IMG/VR virus record: IMGVR_UViG_3300028797_000122
DNA: 57,371 nt
Reading direction: 5' to 3' (one strand)
Source: an uncultured virus (IMG/VR IMGVR_UViG_3300028797_000122)
Taxonomy: Duplodnaviria > Heunggongvirae > Uroviricota > Caudoviricetes
Part shown: in pieces, positions 37,086-46,057 of the stretch
How positions within the stretch are numbered: position 1 is the first letter of the stretch
Layout: each line of letters starts with the position of its first letter
Made by a program: the position numbers and the translations under genes
Notes under the pieces: model-generated
Databases searched by the model: none
The model's input: the letters and a program-made list of their open reading frames with translations, nothing else
Told to the model about the DNA's origin: nothing

Positions 37086-37346
37086 ATGAAACCATCCGAT
37101 ATTCCTGTTTCCGCATCCGTGGTGCGACTTGCTCCAAGCATGAAGATGATTGGACAGAAGGTTGCGGAAAGACGCAAAAAGCTGATGATAACCCAGAAGG
37201 ACCTTGCCGAGATGGCCGGGGTTTCGTCAAGGATGGTAAGCATGGTTGAACGAGGGCTGGCGAACCCTACTGTAACAGAACTTAGCGACATGATTAAACC
37301 TATCGGGTTTGTAATCACGTTGCAGGAACGAGTGATTAACCCGTGA
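37086..37346 (+). CDS. XRE-family HTH protein
   Basis: RRK...ITQKDLAEMAGVS...VSMVERG.ANPT. Confidence 0.9.
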   Translation: MKPSDIPVSASVVRLAPSMKMIGQKVAERRKKLMITQKDLAEMAGVSSRMVSMVERGLANPTVTELSDMIKPIGFVITLQERVINP

Positions 37347-37508
37347 GGCAATTATGTGTGAATTTCTATCGTACCTCTACAATGAACAGTCATGGATACT
37401 CTGGATGGCAGCGTTCTGGGTTATCGGAGTGCTGATGGTTGTCATCGACTATTTTCAGAATAAAAACAAACCACCCAAGCCAAAGGAAACCCGCTGGCAC
37501 AAGGAATT

Positions 37509-37733
37509 GTGGGGTTAGAAACACTTATGGATGAACTGACTGATGAAGAAATCGAGAAGTATATCCCGTACAGAAAGGAAATACAGGATATTCTCGAAGA
37601 AGACGGCTTGGTTATAACCCGTATAGATGACAACGGGTCTGAAAACCTATGCCAATGTGCGACGGCTGAGGAAGTTTTTACTGCGGGTTGCCGATATGTA
37701 ATCGGGCGCATGAAACAGGAGGGATTGTTATGA
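37509..37733 (+). CDS. hypothetical protein
   Basis: ORF in operon. Confidence 0.6.
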   Translation: MGLETLMDELTDEEIEKYIPYRKEIQDILEEDGLVITRIDDNGSENLCQCATAEEVFTAGCRYVIGRMKQEGLL

Positions 37734-38005
37734 GACCTGCAAACTGGATTGAATTGGGGCAGAACGACACCGTGGAATTCGATGTCCACTGCGTGATGAA
37801 AAAGTGCTGGGCAAACGAGTTCCTGTCCATGCTGGCAGACATGCAGCGTCTCGGCGAGATGGGCTGCAGCAGGATGAGGGGCATGTATTGCGACGGCGAT
37901 GGCGACTTCCGTCCGAAGTTCCACCACAACCTTGAAGGGTTCACCGAGACCGAGCACAGGGTAAGCAAGGAAGACCCGGCCATTTGGTTCTGGGATGCTG
38001 GGTAA
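37730..38005 (+). CDS. phage hypothetical protein
   Basis: G.SR...Y.DGDGDFRP motif; coupled start. Confidence 0.7.
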   Translation: MRPANWIELGQNDTVEFDVHCVMKKCWANEFLSMLADMQRLGEMGCSRMRGMYCDGDGDFRPKFHHNLEGFTETEHRVSKEDPAIWFWDAG

Positions 38006-38024
38006 TTAAAATAGGAGACTGACA

Positions 38025-38585
38025 ATGGCGACGAAATCAAAAGAAGACTGGGAAGCCCAGATGGAAGCTCGACGGAAAGAACGTGAGGAGTATGACTTCA
38101 AAGAATGGGGATACCATGAAACTAAACTTGGCGAATTCCTTATAGACAGGTTGGCCCACAAGGAAAAGCCGAAAGACTTGTTCGATATGTGGAATGACCG
38201 TTCCACGGAGCAATTCAATCACCTTGCTTCTTTCGCAAGGCGTGTAGTATGCGGATTGAAAGCTGACGAAAGTGTGAAGGAAGAACCTGACGGCAAGACG
38301 ACTTACCAGTATTCATACAAGGATAAAGTTCTGTTGGCCGTGGTAATTTACAACGGGAATTACACCCTTCTATTCCCTTGCATGAACGACATCGTTGACG
38401 GCGACATAAGACGATATGCGGATAACCCGTTGTTCCCGTTCCTTAACTTCTTCCAGTGGTTCGACACCACCATATACGGACCACAACAGGGTCTGTATAG
38501 CCTATATTTCCGAATGCTCATGGGCTACCTTGTTTACAAGTTCCCTGAAACAAGAACCCGTTTCCTGCATGCACCAAAGGGGTGA
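38025..38585 (+). CDS. hypothetical protein
   Basis: AGGAG RBS. Confidence 0.7.
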   Translation: MATKSKEDWEAQMEARRKEREEYDFKEWGYHETKLGEFLIDRLAHKEKPKDLFDMWNDRSTEQFNHLASFARRVVCGLKADESVKEEPDGKTTYQYSYKDKVLLAVVIYNGNYTLLFPCMNDIVDGDIRRYADNPLFPFLNFFQWFDTTIYGPQQGLYSLYFRMLMGYLVYKFPETRTRFLHAPKG

Positions 38586-38587
38586 TT

Positions 38588-39106
38588 ATGAACGATAAAT
38601 ACCAGGAATTTCTACAAAAGCGCCATCCTGAACTCATAGCGGAGGCGGAATCTTTCATCAATGCCGATACGGAGGAGCCTAAGTCAAAGCCGAAGAAACG
38701 TACGAAAATGGACCGTAGCAGCTGGGAGTACATCTGCCGTTTGATGCCGAAGTTGAAGAACTTGGCACATGTCCGTATACCTGGTGGCGGAATGGGAAGA
38801 ATGGATGGGTGGTATGTATATACCGTAGCTACCGTCGGATGCCGTAAGGAGAAAGTGGGCATCAGTATCTGGGCGCACGATTACAAGTGTGGCAAGCATT
38901 TCACTGAAAGGATTCCTCTTACGGGCAAGGAGCATTTTCTCGAATTTTATACGAGGTTCGGCAACGCCTCCACATCGTGCTACCAGAGCATGACCAACCT
39001 GCCTGGTCATAAATGCATGGATGGGCACGGTAACGTATATCCTACTGACATACCTCACAAGAGAAAAGAAATCTACCGATATCTTGGAATAGAGACAAAG
39101 GAGTAA
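38588..39106 (+). CDS. hypothetical protein
   Basis: ORF in operon. Confidence 0.7.
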   Translation: MNDKYQEFLQKRHPELIAEAESFINADTEEPKSKPKKRTKMDRSSWEYICRLMPKLKNLAHVRIPGGGMGRMDGWYVYTVATVGCRKEKVGISIWAHDYKCGKHFTERIPLTGKEHFLEFYTRFGNASTSCYQSMTNLPGHKCMDGHGNVYPTDIPHKRKEIYRYLGIETKE

Positions 39107-39108
39107 AT

Positions 39109-39426
39109 ATGGGTGTAGATTACAAATGGGGCGGAAGCGCTGGCGGAATGCGTTTTGGACAGGAAATCGACCAGGTCGCCAAGGTATTTGGCGGCAAACG
39201 AATCGAGGGAAGCAAGGGACCCAATAGGTACGGGCTTCCAGACGGGACAAACCCGTGCGTCGTGAAATTCTTCGACCACCTGTACGGACCGCTGAGCGTT
39301 GAAGAGACAAAGGAAGTATGGAAGGAGTTCCAGACGCATCCCGAAATCGAGCAGATAATGCCCGAGATGTGGAACGAGTTCAAGTGCGACGCAATGTACG
39401 ACGAAGAGTTCGAGTTGAGTTACTAG
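39109..39426 (+). CDS. hypothetical protein
   Basis: AGGAG RBS. Confidence 0.7.
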   Translation: MGVDYKWGGSAGGMRFGQEIDQVAKVFGGKRIEGSKGPNRYGLPDGTNPCVVKFFDHLYGPLSVEETKEVWKEFQTHPEIEQIMPEMWNEFKCDAMYDEEFELSY

Positions 39427-39453
39427 ACAGAGAAGATTTAACAAAAGGCAATT

Positions 39454-40197
39454 ATGAGCAATTTCAACCATCCGTATATATACGAAGGCGGCGAATACAA
39501 TCATCTGACTAGCCAGAACGAATGCCGTGTTGTGACCGCTACAAGGAAGCTTGGAGCCCGTTTCTACAACCCTATGCGTTACGACATGCTGAAACAGTGG
39601 CTTCCACACAATTACGAATGCCCTGACAAGGAGTGCATGATTCATGTCATCGCCTGCCCGTGCATCATGTGGAATGACCTCGGTGAAGACAAGATGAACG
39701 AAAAGTTCAAGTTCTGTGCCTGTATCGAACCTGAAATCGACATGACCAAGTTCAGCCCGTTGTGGCATCGTGTCGGCAGGAAAACATTGTTGTTCATATT
39801 TGGTTCCCCGATGTATGAAATCGCCCAATGCTCTGCACCTAACGGAAAGTGTTTCTACTCGATGATATTCCAGGTGGACGAGGAGGCATACGAGCATCTC
39901 GAAACCCGTGCAGGCTCGTTCGCAAACCTCCCGATAGGCTCGTCCATCAATGCCTTCATGGCTGCTGTCAGGCGGAACCCGTTAAGGCCCCATCCGTTCA
40001 AGAATGCAGTCCCGCCCGTTGAAGTCAAGACGCTAGCGGAGTTCATCGAAGCGAAGTACCCGGATATCATGAAGGAATACAAGGAAGAGCTGAAACGGAT
40101 AACCAAGCTTTCATACGAGAGCCTTCCAGGGGAAATCACCAGTTTCAAACAAGGAAATGAAAATGCAAGTAACATCGACGATACAGTTCAAGTTTGA
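39454..40197 (+). CDS. hypothetical protein
   Basis: ORF in operon. Confidence 0.7.
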   Translation: MSNFNHPYIYEGGEYNHLTSQNECRVVTATRKLGARFYNPMRYDMLKQWLPHNYECPDKECMIHVIACPCIMWNDLGEDKMNEKFKFCACIEPEIDMTKFSPLWHRVGRKTLLFIFGSPMYEIAQCSAPNGKCFYSMIFQVDEEAYEHLETRAGSFANLPIGSSINAFMAAVRRNPLRPHPFKNAVPPVEVKTLAEFIEAKYPDIMKEYKEELKRITKLSYESLPGEITSFKQGNENASNIDDTVQV

Positions 40198-40588
40198 CCC
40201 AAACAAGGAATACAAATGTCCCAAGGACAAGATTGATGCCTTGGTCGAGTTCATTACAAATCATGTGCAGGAATGTCCAGCGCACTGGATTATCATGTCT
40301 CCAGAATTAGTGTCCGTGCTGATGACGGCGAACGTGTTGGCTCCGAAGCCCGTTGTTTCCAATACCAGTGACACGGGTAGGGAATTTATGTTCCATCCAA
40401 CGAACTCGGCGGTTACACTTAATCTTTACGCATGTCAAGGAGAAATGAACGCAGTGGTGTTCCCCGACTATTCAGACAGCCTTTACATCCTGAACTGTGG
40501 ACATCCGAAGGATTTCATCGGCGACATGGACGCTGGGTCAGGCTGGGAAAGCAATGATTCAATCAAACTCGCAAGGAGAATAATATGA
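40157..40588 (+). CDS. hypothetical protein, possible major-capsid (gp23-like) fragment
   Basis: AHWIIMSPELVSVL resembles the gp23-family (G/A)N(W/F)IIxS..V..xL segment. Confidence 0.45.
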   Translation: MKMQVTSTIQFKFDPNKEYKCPKDKIDALVEFITNHVQECPAHWIIMSPELVSVLMTANVLAPKPVVSNTSDTGREFMFHPTNSAVTLNLYACQGEMNAVVFPDYSDSLYILNCGHPKDFIGDMDAGSGWESNDSIKLARRII

Positions 40589-40932
40589 TTGAAGAAGCCA
40601 AGGATATTTTTCGTGACGAAACCTGCTTCTATGTAATTGCCGCAATCAAGAATGGCGATGGCGGGTTCATTAAGTTCTGGAAGTCCAAGGCGTCTGGTGG
40701 AGAATGGGTTGACGATATTGCCAAGTCCAAGCACTATACGACGCTCGGTGTCGCTGCAAGGGAACTCCGTAATGAAAACGGCTATCTCAGATACTGGGGA
40801 AAAGTTCCGATGATACAGACGCACGGAGATTCCGTCCGTTTCTCCGTATGCCATGCAAGGGCTAATGTAGTGGTCGTGAAGGAAGAAAAGTTTAACGTAG
40901 ACCGTGCAAATGCACAGGAAAGGGGAACATAA
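40585..40932 (+). CDS. hypothetical protein
   Basis: AGGAG RBS. Confidence 0.7.
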   Translation: MIEEAKDIFRDETCFYVIAAIKNGDGGFIKFWKSKASGGEWVDDIAKSKHYTTLGVAARELRNENGYLRYWGKVPMIQTHGDSVRFSVCHARANVVVVKEEKFNVDRANAQERGT

Positions 40933-40933
40933 T

Positions 40934-41260
40934 ATGATTGAAAACAAGGAAGAATACAGGTGTAAACGGTCAGAACTTTCATCCAAGAAGGACGAGCTTA
41001 GTGAAAGTATCGATATGGTCGATGCCGTCAGGGAAATGCTGAAAACGTACAATGTTCGGCGGTTGTCCGCATTGAAGGCGAAGCTTGAACAGGACTATGA
41101 TGCGGTCGCAGATGAGTACTACAAGTTCATCAAGGAAGAAAATGAAGTCTTTGACGAAATCTGCAAGAAGTTCAGCGCCAACCAGATTGAATGCTGGTTT
41201 GTACAGGGGCGTGACGTTGTTGACCTTGTAAATTCATACCTGTCCGGCGAACTGAAATGA
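40934..41260 (+). CDS. hypothetical coiled-coil protein
   Basis: ORF in operon. Confidence 0.65.
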   Translation: MIENKEEYRCKRSELSSKKDELSESIDMVDAVREMLKTYNVRRLSALKAKLEQDYDAVADEYYKFIKEENEVFDEICKKFSANQIECWFVQGRDVVDLVNSYLSGELK

Positions 41261-41395
41261 GAGAAGCCATGTCGGAAGAACTGGAAGAGGAACGCTACCG
41301 TGAGCAGCGGATGCGTGAAGAAGCCGAGGCGGAGGAACAGTTCTGGCGTGAAGCCATGCTGAACTACGACTATGAGCGTGGTGACTGGAAATACT

Positions 41396-41426
41396 AAAAA
41401 GCTCTCCGATTTGGAGAGCCTTTCCT
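41396..41426. terminator. bidirectional terminator
   Basis: AAAAA-GCTCTCC-GATTT-GGAGAGC-CTTT between convergent genes. Confidence 0.65.
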
Positions 41427-42224
41427 TTATTCATCGTAGTCGTCGAAGAACAGTCCGTACTCCCTCATCCATGCACGGGCCCCGATTTGGTCGGCCCGTT
41501 TTTTCATTTCCTTCACGTTGAAGTTGTACACGTCCCACCAAGGGATTTCAACAAGGAGGAACGGCGATTTTGCACCCATAGCTTCTACGCAGAGCTTGTA
41601 GAAGGCGTTGTCGGTCCCGTTGGTAGCGGACGATATGATTATCTTGTTGAATACCCCGCAGGTAATTGTCGGGAAGAATGCCTTGACTATGTGTTCCTGT
41701 TGTTCCTTGGTTGCGAACGCAAAGTCGTCTAGGAACATGTAGTTGACACGGGGTGTTATCAAGTAGGTTTTACTGGAATCTTCTACGTTATCGAGTGTAC
41801 CGTATGACTTTGCTACGATAACGGAGTCTGTTGTAGTGTTTCTAATCTCGCCCTTATTGAACTTGATTGACAACCCGTCATTGTACCATTCCGCAGGAAG
41901 GTTTTTTAGAGAGAAGGCGATTTTACCCACTATTTCGCATGCCCTTGCCAGCTTGGTTGAAACGACCGTTATCGTAACACCTTCCTCGAACAGCAGCTTG
42001 TGCATGATGAACAGCGTCGCTTCAAGCGTGGAGCCAGACTGTCTCGGCTGTTTCAGAATCAGGTTTCTCTTGTTGCCGCAGATTGGCGGAAGCTGCATAA
42101 GGGTCAGAACCTTCCGTTGGTAACCCCTCGTGGACATGCGTTCTGTCCCGTTGCAGTTCTGTACATAGGTGAATTTCGCAAGGTCGAAAATGTTGTCCTT
42201 GCAGTTAAGGAATGATTTACTCAT
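41427..42224 (-). CDS. terminase large subunit ATPase-domain-only homologue with degenerate Walker motifs
   Basis: YQ, PRQSGST, FLDDFAF, IIISSATNG.N.FY, IPWWDV, REY; no nuclease domain. Confidence 0.8.
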   Translation of the reverse strand: MSKSFLNCKDNIFDLAKFTYVQNCNGTERMSTRGYQRKVLTLMQLPPICGNKRNLILKQPRQSGSTLEATLFIMHKLLFEEGVTITVVSTKLARACEIVGKIAFSLKNLPAEWYNDGLSIKFNKGEIRNTTTDSVIVAKSYGTLDNVEDSSKTYLITPRVNYMFLDDFAFATKEQQEHIVKAFFPTITCGVFNKIIISSATNGTDNAFYKLCVEAMGAKSPFLLVEIPWWDVYNFNVKEMKKRADQIGARAWMREYGLFFDDYDE

Positions 42225-42303
42225 ATTGTACCCCGTATGTTAACCAGCAGACGGAATTGCCGACTGGCCGAAGCATAATTAAAGTATATTTTCACGATTT
42301 CCC

Positions 42304-42332
42304 TTGACAGGAACGGGTTTTTGAGCTATATT
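42304..42332 (+). promoter_or_regulatory. sigma70-type early promoter
   Basis: TTGACA-N17-TATATT. Confidence 0.8.
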
Positions 42333-42349
42333 GTCGAACGAGGTATATT

Positions 42350-42769
42350 ATGAGAATGCCTAGATTTTATTACATAATGAAGCACAAGTTGCATGCGTTC
42401 GTCGCCCGCAACTTCACTGGATGTGCATACTGCAACGAAAAGAAATTGTGGAAGATGTTCGGCGAAAAGTGCGTCCCGCTGGACAACTTCAATACTCTGA
42501 TGGATAGCGTCCCGGTCGGAGACGGCAAGACAAAGTACGCCTGCTACTTCTACCCCAAGCAGCGCTGCATCGATGTCAACCGAGTGGACGAGAACGGGAA
42601 GTACATCACTGTCGAATCAATCTTCGTACACAACTGCCCCGAATGCGGAAGGCCATTGCCGTATATGCTCGGTAACAAGAAAAAGAAGGAAAAGGTGGTC
42701 ATCGCTTCGACGCCCAAGGGCCCTAACGTGTTCTACAACATGTGGAAAAAGGCGGTTGGAACAAGATGA
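42350..42769 (+). CDS. Zn-ribbon protein with terminase-like C-terminal peptide
   Basis: CAYC...CPECGRPL; tail VVIASTPKGPNVFYNMW. Confidence 0.7.
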   Translation: MRMPRFYYIMKHKLHAFVARNFTGCAYCNEKKLWKMFGEKCVPLDNFNTLMDSVPVGDGKTKYACYFYPKQRCIDVNRVDENGKYITVESIFVHNCPECGRPLPYMLGNKKKKEKVVIASTPKGPNVFYNMWKKAVGTR

Positions 42770-43011
42770 AGACCAAGATTATCTATAAGGGTTCCGTCTG
42801 GCGGAGCTATTACTGCGAAGTCAACCTGAAGCAGTTGAGCAAGGAACTTGCTGACAGGCTGATGGACTCTTCCGATATTTCCACTTGCCTGAACACCCAT
42901 ATCATCAACAAGGAGTTGACTCCTGACGATGTGGTAAAACTTATCGACTTCCTCAAAGAGAAGGAAGTTTGGAACAATGTGGCCCGTCTGGTCGTAAATG
43001 AAGATAGTTGA
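42766..43011 (+). CDS. hypothetical protein
   Basis: coupled ORF. Confidence 0.65.
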   Translation: MKTKIIYKGSVWRSYYCEVNLKQLSKELADRLMDSSDISTCLNTHIINKELTPDDVVKLIDFLKEKEVWNNVARLVVNEDS

Positions 43012-43013
43012 TT

Positions 43014-43235
43014 ATGAAAATCATGTTGCTGTGGCTTAAAGTCGTATTATTCTGTGTAATCCTACTGCTGCCGACGATTATCGGAGGGGTTACTGAAACT
43101 ACTAGGATTCTTAGCAAGCAGATGTCTATGCTGATATTCCTTCCGATACAGTTTTTATGGGTTCCCGTGCCTTTCCTGATGTTCAGGAAATCTTCTAAGG
43201 ATATTGACGAGTTGCTGAAAAGGTTTGAGGACTAA
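43014..43235 (+). CDS. small 2-TM protein
   Basis: hydrophobic helices. Confidence 0.6.
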   Translation: MKIMLLWLKVVLFCVILLLPTIIGGVTETTRILSKQMSMLIFLPIQFLWVPVPFLMFRKSSKDIDELLKRFED

Positions 43236-43237
43236 AA

Positions 43238-43771
43238 ATGAAAGAAGAACTTACATACGAAGATGTCATGCGCTATATTGAACAGCTTGTCGTTGGAGCT
43301 GACAAACGGACGATGAACAAGCTCATCGACGAAGCCCAGTCGGGACTTGGACGCATATACGAAAACGAGTCAAAAGCAATCGAGGAGAAGAAGGAAAAGA
43401 AGTTCCTGCTCATCATCGACAGTTTCGCCCCGCTTGCCGAATGTCTCGAATCCGGCGCCGAAGTCGACGAATATTCAAGCAACATCGCCGTCCGTGAAGT
43501 CGCACGGGAATACTTCTACGGCAATGACGACCTGACCCCTCCCTTCACGGATAGAACTTTCGGGAAAGGCAAGCCAGTAGACCATGACTGCATGGTATAT
43601 GCGGTAGACATTCTCCGTAAGGCCACTAAGCACCCTCGCCTATGTGCGTATTGGCAAACCAGCGTGTGCTACTCCGACGAAGGCGTCAAGCACCTTAAAT
43701 CCCTCTTCGAGTACATGTACACCGTCATGGACAACGCATGCACATGTTACAGGAGAAAAACAGCGAAATGA
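43238..43771 (+). CDS. hypothetical protein
   Basis: GAGG RBS. Confidence 0.7.
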   Translation: MKEELTYEDVMRYIEQLVVGADKRTMNKLIDEAQSGLGRIYENESKAIEEKKEKKFLLIIDSFAPLAECLESGAEVDEYSSNIAVREVAREYFYGNDDLTPPFTDRTFGKGKPVDHDCMVYAVDILRKATKHPRLCAYWQTSVCYSDEGVKHLKSLFEYMYTVMDNACTCYRRKTAK

Positions 43772-43799
43772 GCATTGAAAATTTTAATGGAGGTATGTT

Positions 43800-44249
43800 A
43801 TGACCGAACTGGAAGGATGGCTGTCTCTTGTACATCCAGAGATACTTGTGGAATTTGACGAGGCAGTGCGTAATGACAAGCACTTTACCAAATTGCCCCC
43901 AAGCCCCCTGTATTTCGCAATGAAGAAATCTATCGACGAGCTTATCGGAGAATCTGGAATCGAATTTGAGCAGCGTCCCCTTGGCCCGGAAATTAACCAT
44001 TGCGTCGGATATTACTACAATGACGAGCTCGTCTTCAAGTATTGCATGCTGTGTATCAACGGAGGTCATAACCCAAGGATGACTTACTGGGATGACTTCA
44101 CGAAGCATACGAACACGGAAAAGGAAGGCATATGCTACAACAGGGGTGCTTGCCATGAAACGACGGACACCCACAAGTTCATCGGTGCCATCAAGCTCAT
44201 AATCAAGCAGATACAACAGAAAGGCAAGACAGTCGATGAAAAAGTTTAA
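43800..44249 (+). CDS. hypothetical protein
   Basis: GGAGG RBS. Confidence 0.7.
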   Translation: MTELEGWLSLVHPEILVEFDEAVRNDKHFTKLPPSPLYFAMKKSIDELIGESGIEFEQRPLGPEINHCVGYYYNDELVFKYCMLCINGGHNPRMTYWDDFTKHTNTEKEGICYNRGACHETTDTHKFIGAIKLIIKQIQQKGKTVDEKV

Positions 44250-44380
44250 TCCGTATCACTACGCATTGGCACTCATCTTGCCTGCAAGGCATAAGATGGC
44301 CGCCCCATCGTGCCGTATAGTTCCTATGCAGTACTCAATGAATCCGGGCAAACAGTATCACCGGGTAGGATGAGGATATC

Positions 44381-45280
44381 ATGCACTTCAAGCAAGAGTT
44401 CAAGTTCAGGCTTGGCGACAGGGTTATCTACAAGGACCCGACATCTGGTGAAACCGAAGAAGTCACCATCCGTCAGCGAACCCTCAGGATAGACAAGGAC
44501 GGTCAGAAGGTGTCCTATGTGTGCAGGGAAGGAAACCACAAGCATGTCTCCTACTGGGATGAAATGGCCGAGGAGAACCTTTCCTTTGCGGGTGAAAAAC
44601 ACGGAACCGACGTGGTCGATGGTGACATCCTTGACGGACTCGGTGAACACCTCGAAATAGGCGACACCGTGTTCTATGACGTGTATTACTGTGCCAATGG
44701 CATCCGTGTCGAAGACCGTGTTCCGAACGTCGATTTTACCTTTGCAAAAGAGCTTGAAATAGACCACTTCAAGATTGACTGGTATATCGAAGTAGGGTTC
44801 AAAGACGGTAAAGTGGTTGACGACGTTGATAAAGTGTATTACGAGAAGTATGTACACGGAAAGCTGACTTTCGAGGACTTGACTGTTGGCGAAAAACGGT
44901 ATGGAATGCAAAAGGGGTTCCCGTTGCGGGAATGGGCTAGGAATACCCATAAGACCATCGGAGAGAACTTCGCTCAGGAGTATGTCGCAGCCCTTTCAAG
45001 ACCGGGATATGAGTTGATTGGCAAAGATGACGCCAAGAAAGCGTGGAAGTCTCGGAACGAAGGTGAACATGACTTCTATGTCATCAAGCGGTGGCTGACC
45101 CATCTGGGCAAGTTCGACGAGGTTGTTAAGCTTATGGACGAACGAAAGTCGGAACCGAAGCAGAAACCCAAGCCGACAAAGAAAGCCGTCAAGAAACAAA
45201 AGGATTCAAGCATTGACGACATCATGGAAAAACTGAAATCCGACCCGAAGCTGCTCGCCAAGGTCAAGAAAATGCTTTAA
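44381..45280 (+). CDS. hypothetical protein
   Basis: GAGG RBS, 299 aa. Confidence 0.75.
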   Translation: MHFKQEFKFRLGDRVIYKDPTSGETEEVTIRQRTLRIDKDGQKVSYVCREGNHKHVSYWDEMAEENLSFAGEKHGTDVVDGDILDGLGEHLEIGDTVFYDVYYCANGIRVEDRVPNVDFTFAKELEIDHFKIDWYIEVGFKDGKVVDDVDKVYYEKYVHGKLTFEDLTVGEKRYGMQKGFPLREWARNTHKTIGENFAQEYVAALSRPGYELIGKDDAKKAWKSRNEGEHDFYVIKRWLTHLGKFDEVVKLMDERKSEPKQKPKPTKKAVKKQKDSSIDDIMEKLKSDPKLLAKVKKML

Positions 45281-45291
45281 GGAGGCATCGT

Positions 45292-45717
45292 ATGGAAGAA
45301 CAGGAAGAAAAAGAAGAAAAGGAAGTGTACAGGGACAGACCAGACTTGGTAGAAGCCCTGAAGGGAACGTATATCCGTCCGTTCATAAAGATTGATGATT
45401 GGAATGGGCAAGAATCCGATGCTTTCGCCGAAATACGGTCGATTTCAGAAGTTGTAGGCCAGACATCCGTGAAATTGATTCTTAGAAAGGTATCTTTTGC
45501 TAGGAGTCAGAACCATACCGTAATCACCTCGGAAGACGAAACTCCATGGTGGATGTTCAAGAAGAATGCAGATGATGAACTGACTGTCGAGATGATACTT
45601 GCCCACAGGATTCAGGTGTCCCGTGAAGAACTGGTCGAATTTGCCAGGAAGACACTACAACAGTCTTTACAGGTGATGGAAGACATGGGGATAACCAAGG
45701 CGGAACTGCTGAGGTAA
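45292..45717 (+). CDS. hypothetical protein
   Basis: AGGAGG RBS. Confidence 0.7.
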   Translation: MEEQEEKEEKEVYRDRPDLVEALKGTYIRPFIKIDDWNGQESDAFAEIRSISEVVGQTSVKLILRKVSFARSQNHTVITSEDETPWWMFKKNADDELTVEMILAHRIQVSREELVEFARKTLQQSLQVMEDMGITKAELLR

Positions 45718-45720
45718 GCG

Positions 45721-45990
45721 ATGACCGACATGACAATCAGACTGTATATCGAAGGCAATTACCTGTGCGGCAGACTCTCTATCAATGAGTGGAATGCCCT
45801 GTTTGCTCGTTATGAAAATGACCCGAACTCGAAAATCATCGACCACCTTGAGGATTCCGAGAACGACCGAGACTACGCCGTTATCGAAACCACGTTGCAA
45901 ACCGTGCTTGACAAGGGTGCCGTTATGGACTTGCAGTTCCTTAGGGCCGTAAAAGAGGGCGACAAGTGGCAAACCAAATGCTTGCACTAG
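45721..45990 (+). CDS. hypothetical protein
   Basis: GAGG RBS. Confidence 0.65.
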   Translation: MTDMTIRLYIEGNYLCGRLSINEWNALFARYENDPNSKIIDHLEDSENDRDYAVIETTLQTVLDKGAVMDLQFLRAVKEGDKWQTKCLH

Positions 45991-46022
45991 AGTGTTTACA
46001 AGCCCTGAGGTAAGCGATGAAG

Positions 46023-46054
46023 AAACCCGCTTGCGAATTGAGCAGGCGGGCTTT
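46023..46054. terminator. bidirectional terminator
   Basis: CCCGCTTGC-7-GCAGGCGGG flanked by A/T runs between convergent units. Confidence 0.7.
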
Positions 46055-46057
46055 GGT

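Noticed and set aside
41427..42224. Calling this the functional terL or a pseudogene
   Set aside because: It lacks the catalytic Lys/Glu and the nuclease domain, so it is not a normal TerL. The ORF is uninterrupted and has a terminator, so it is not clearly decayed either.
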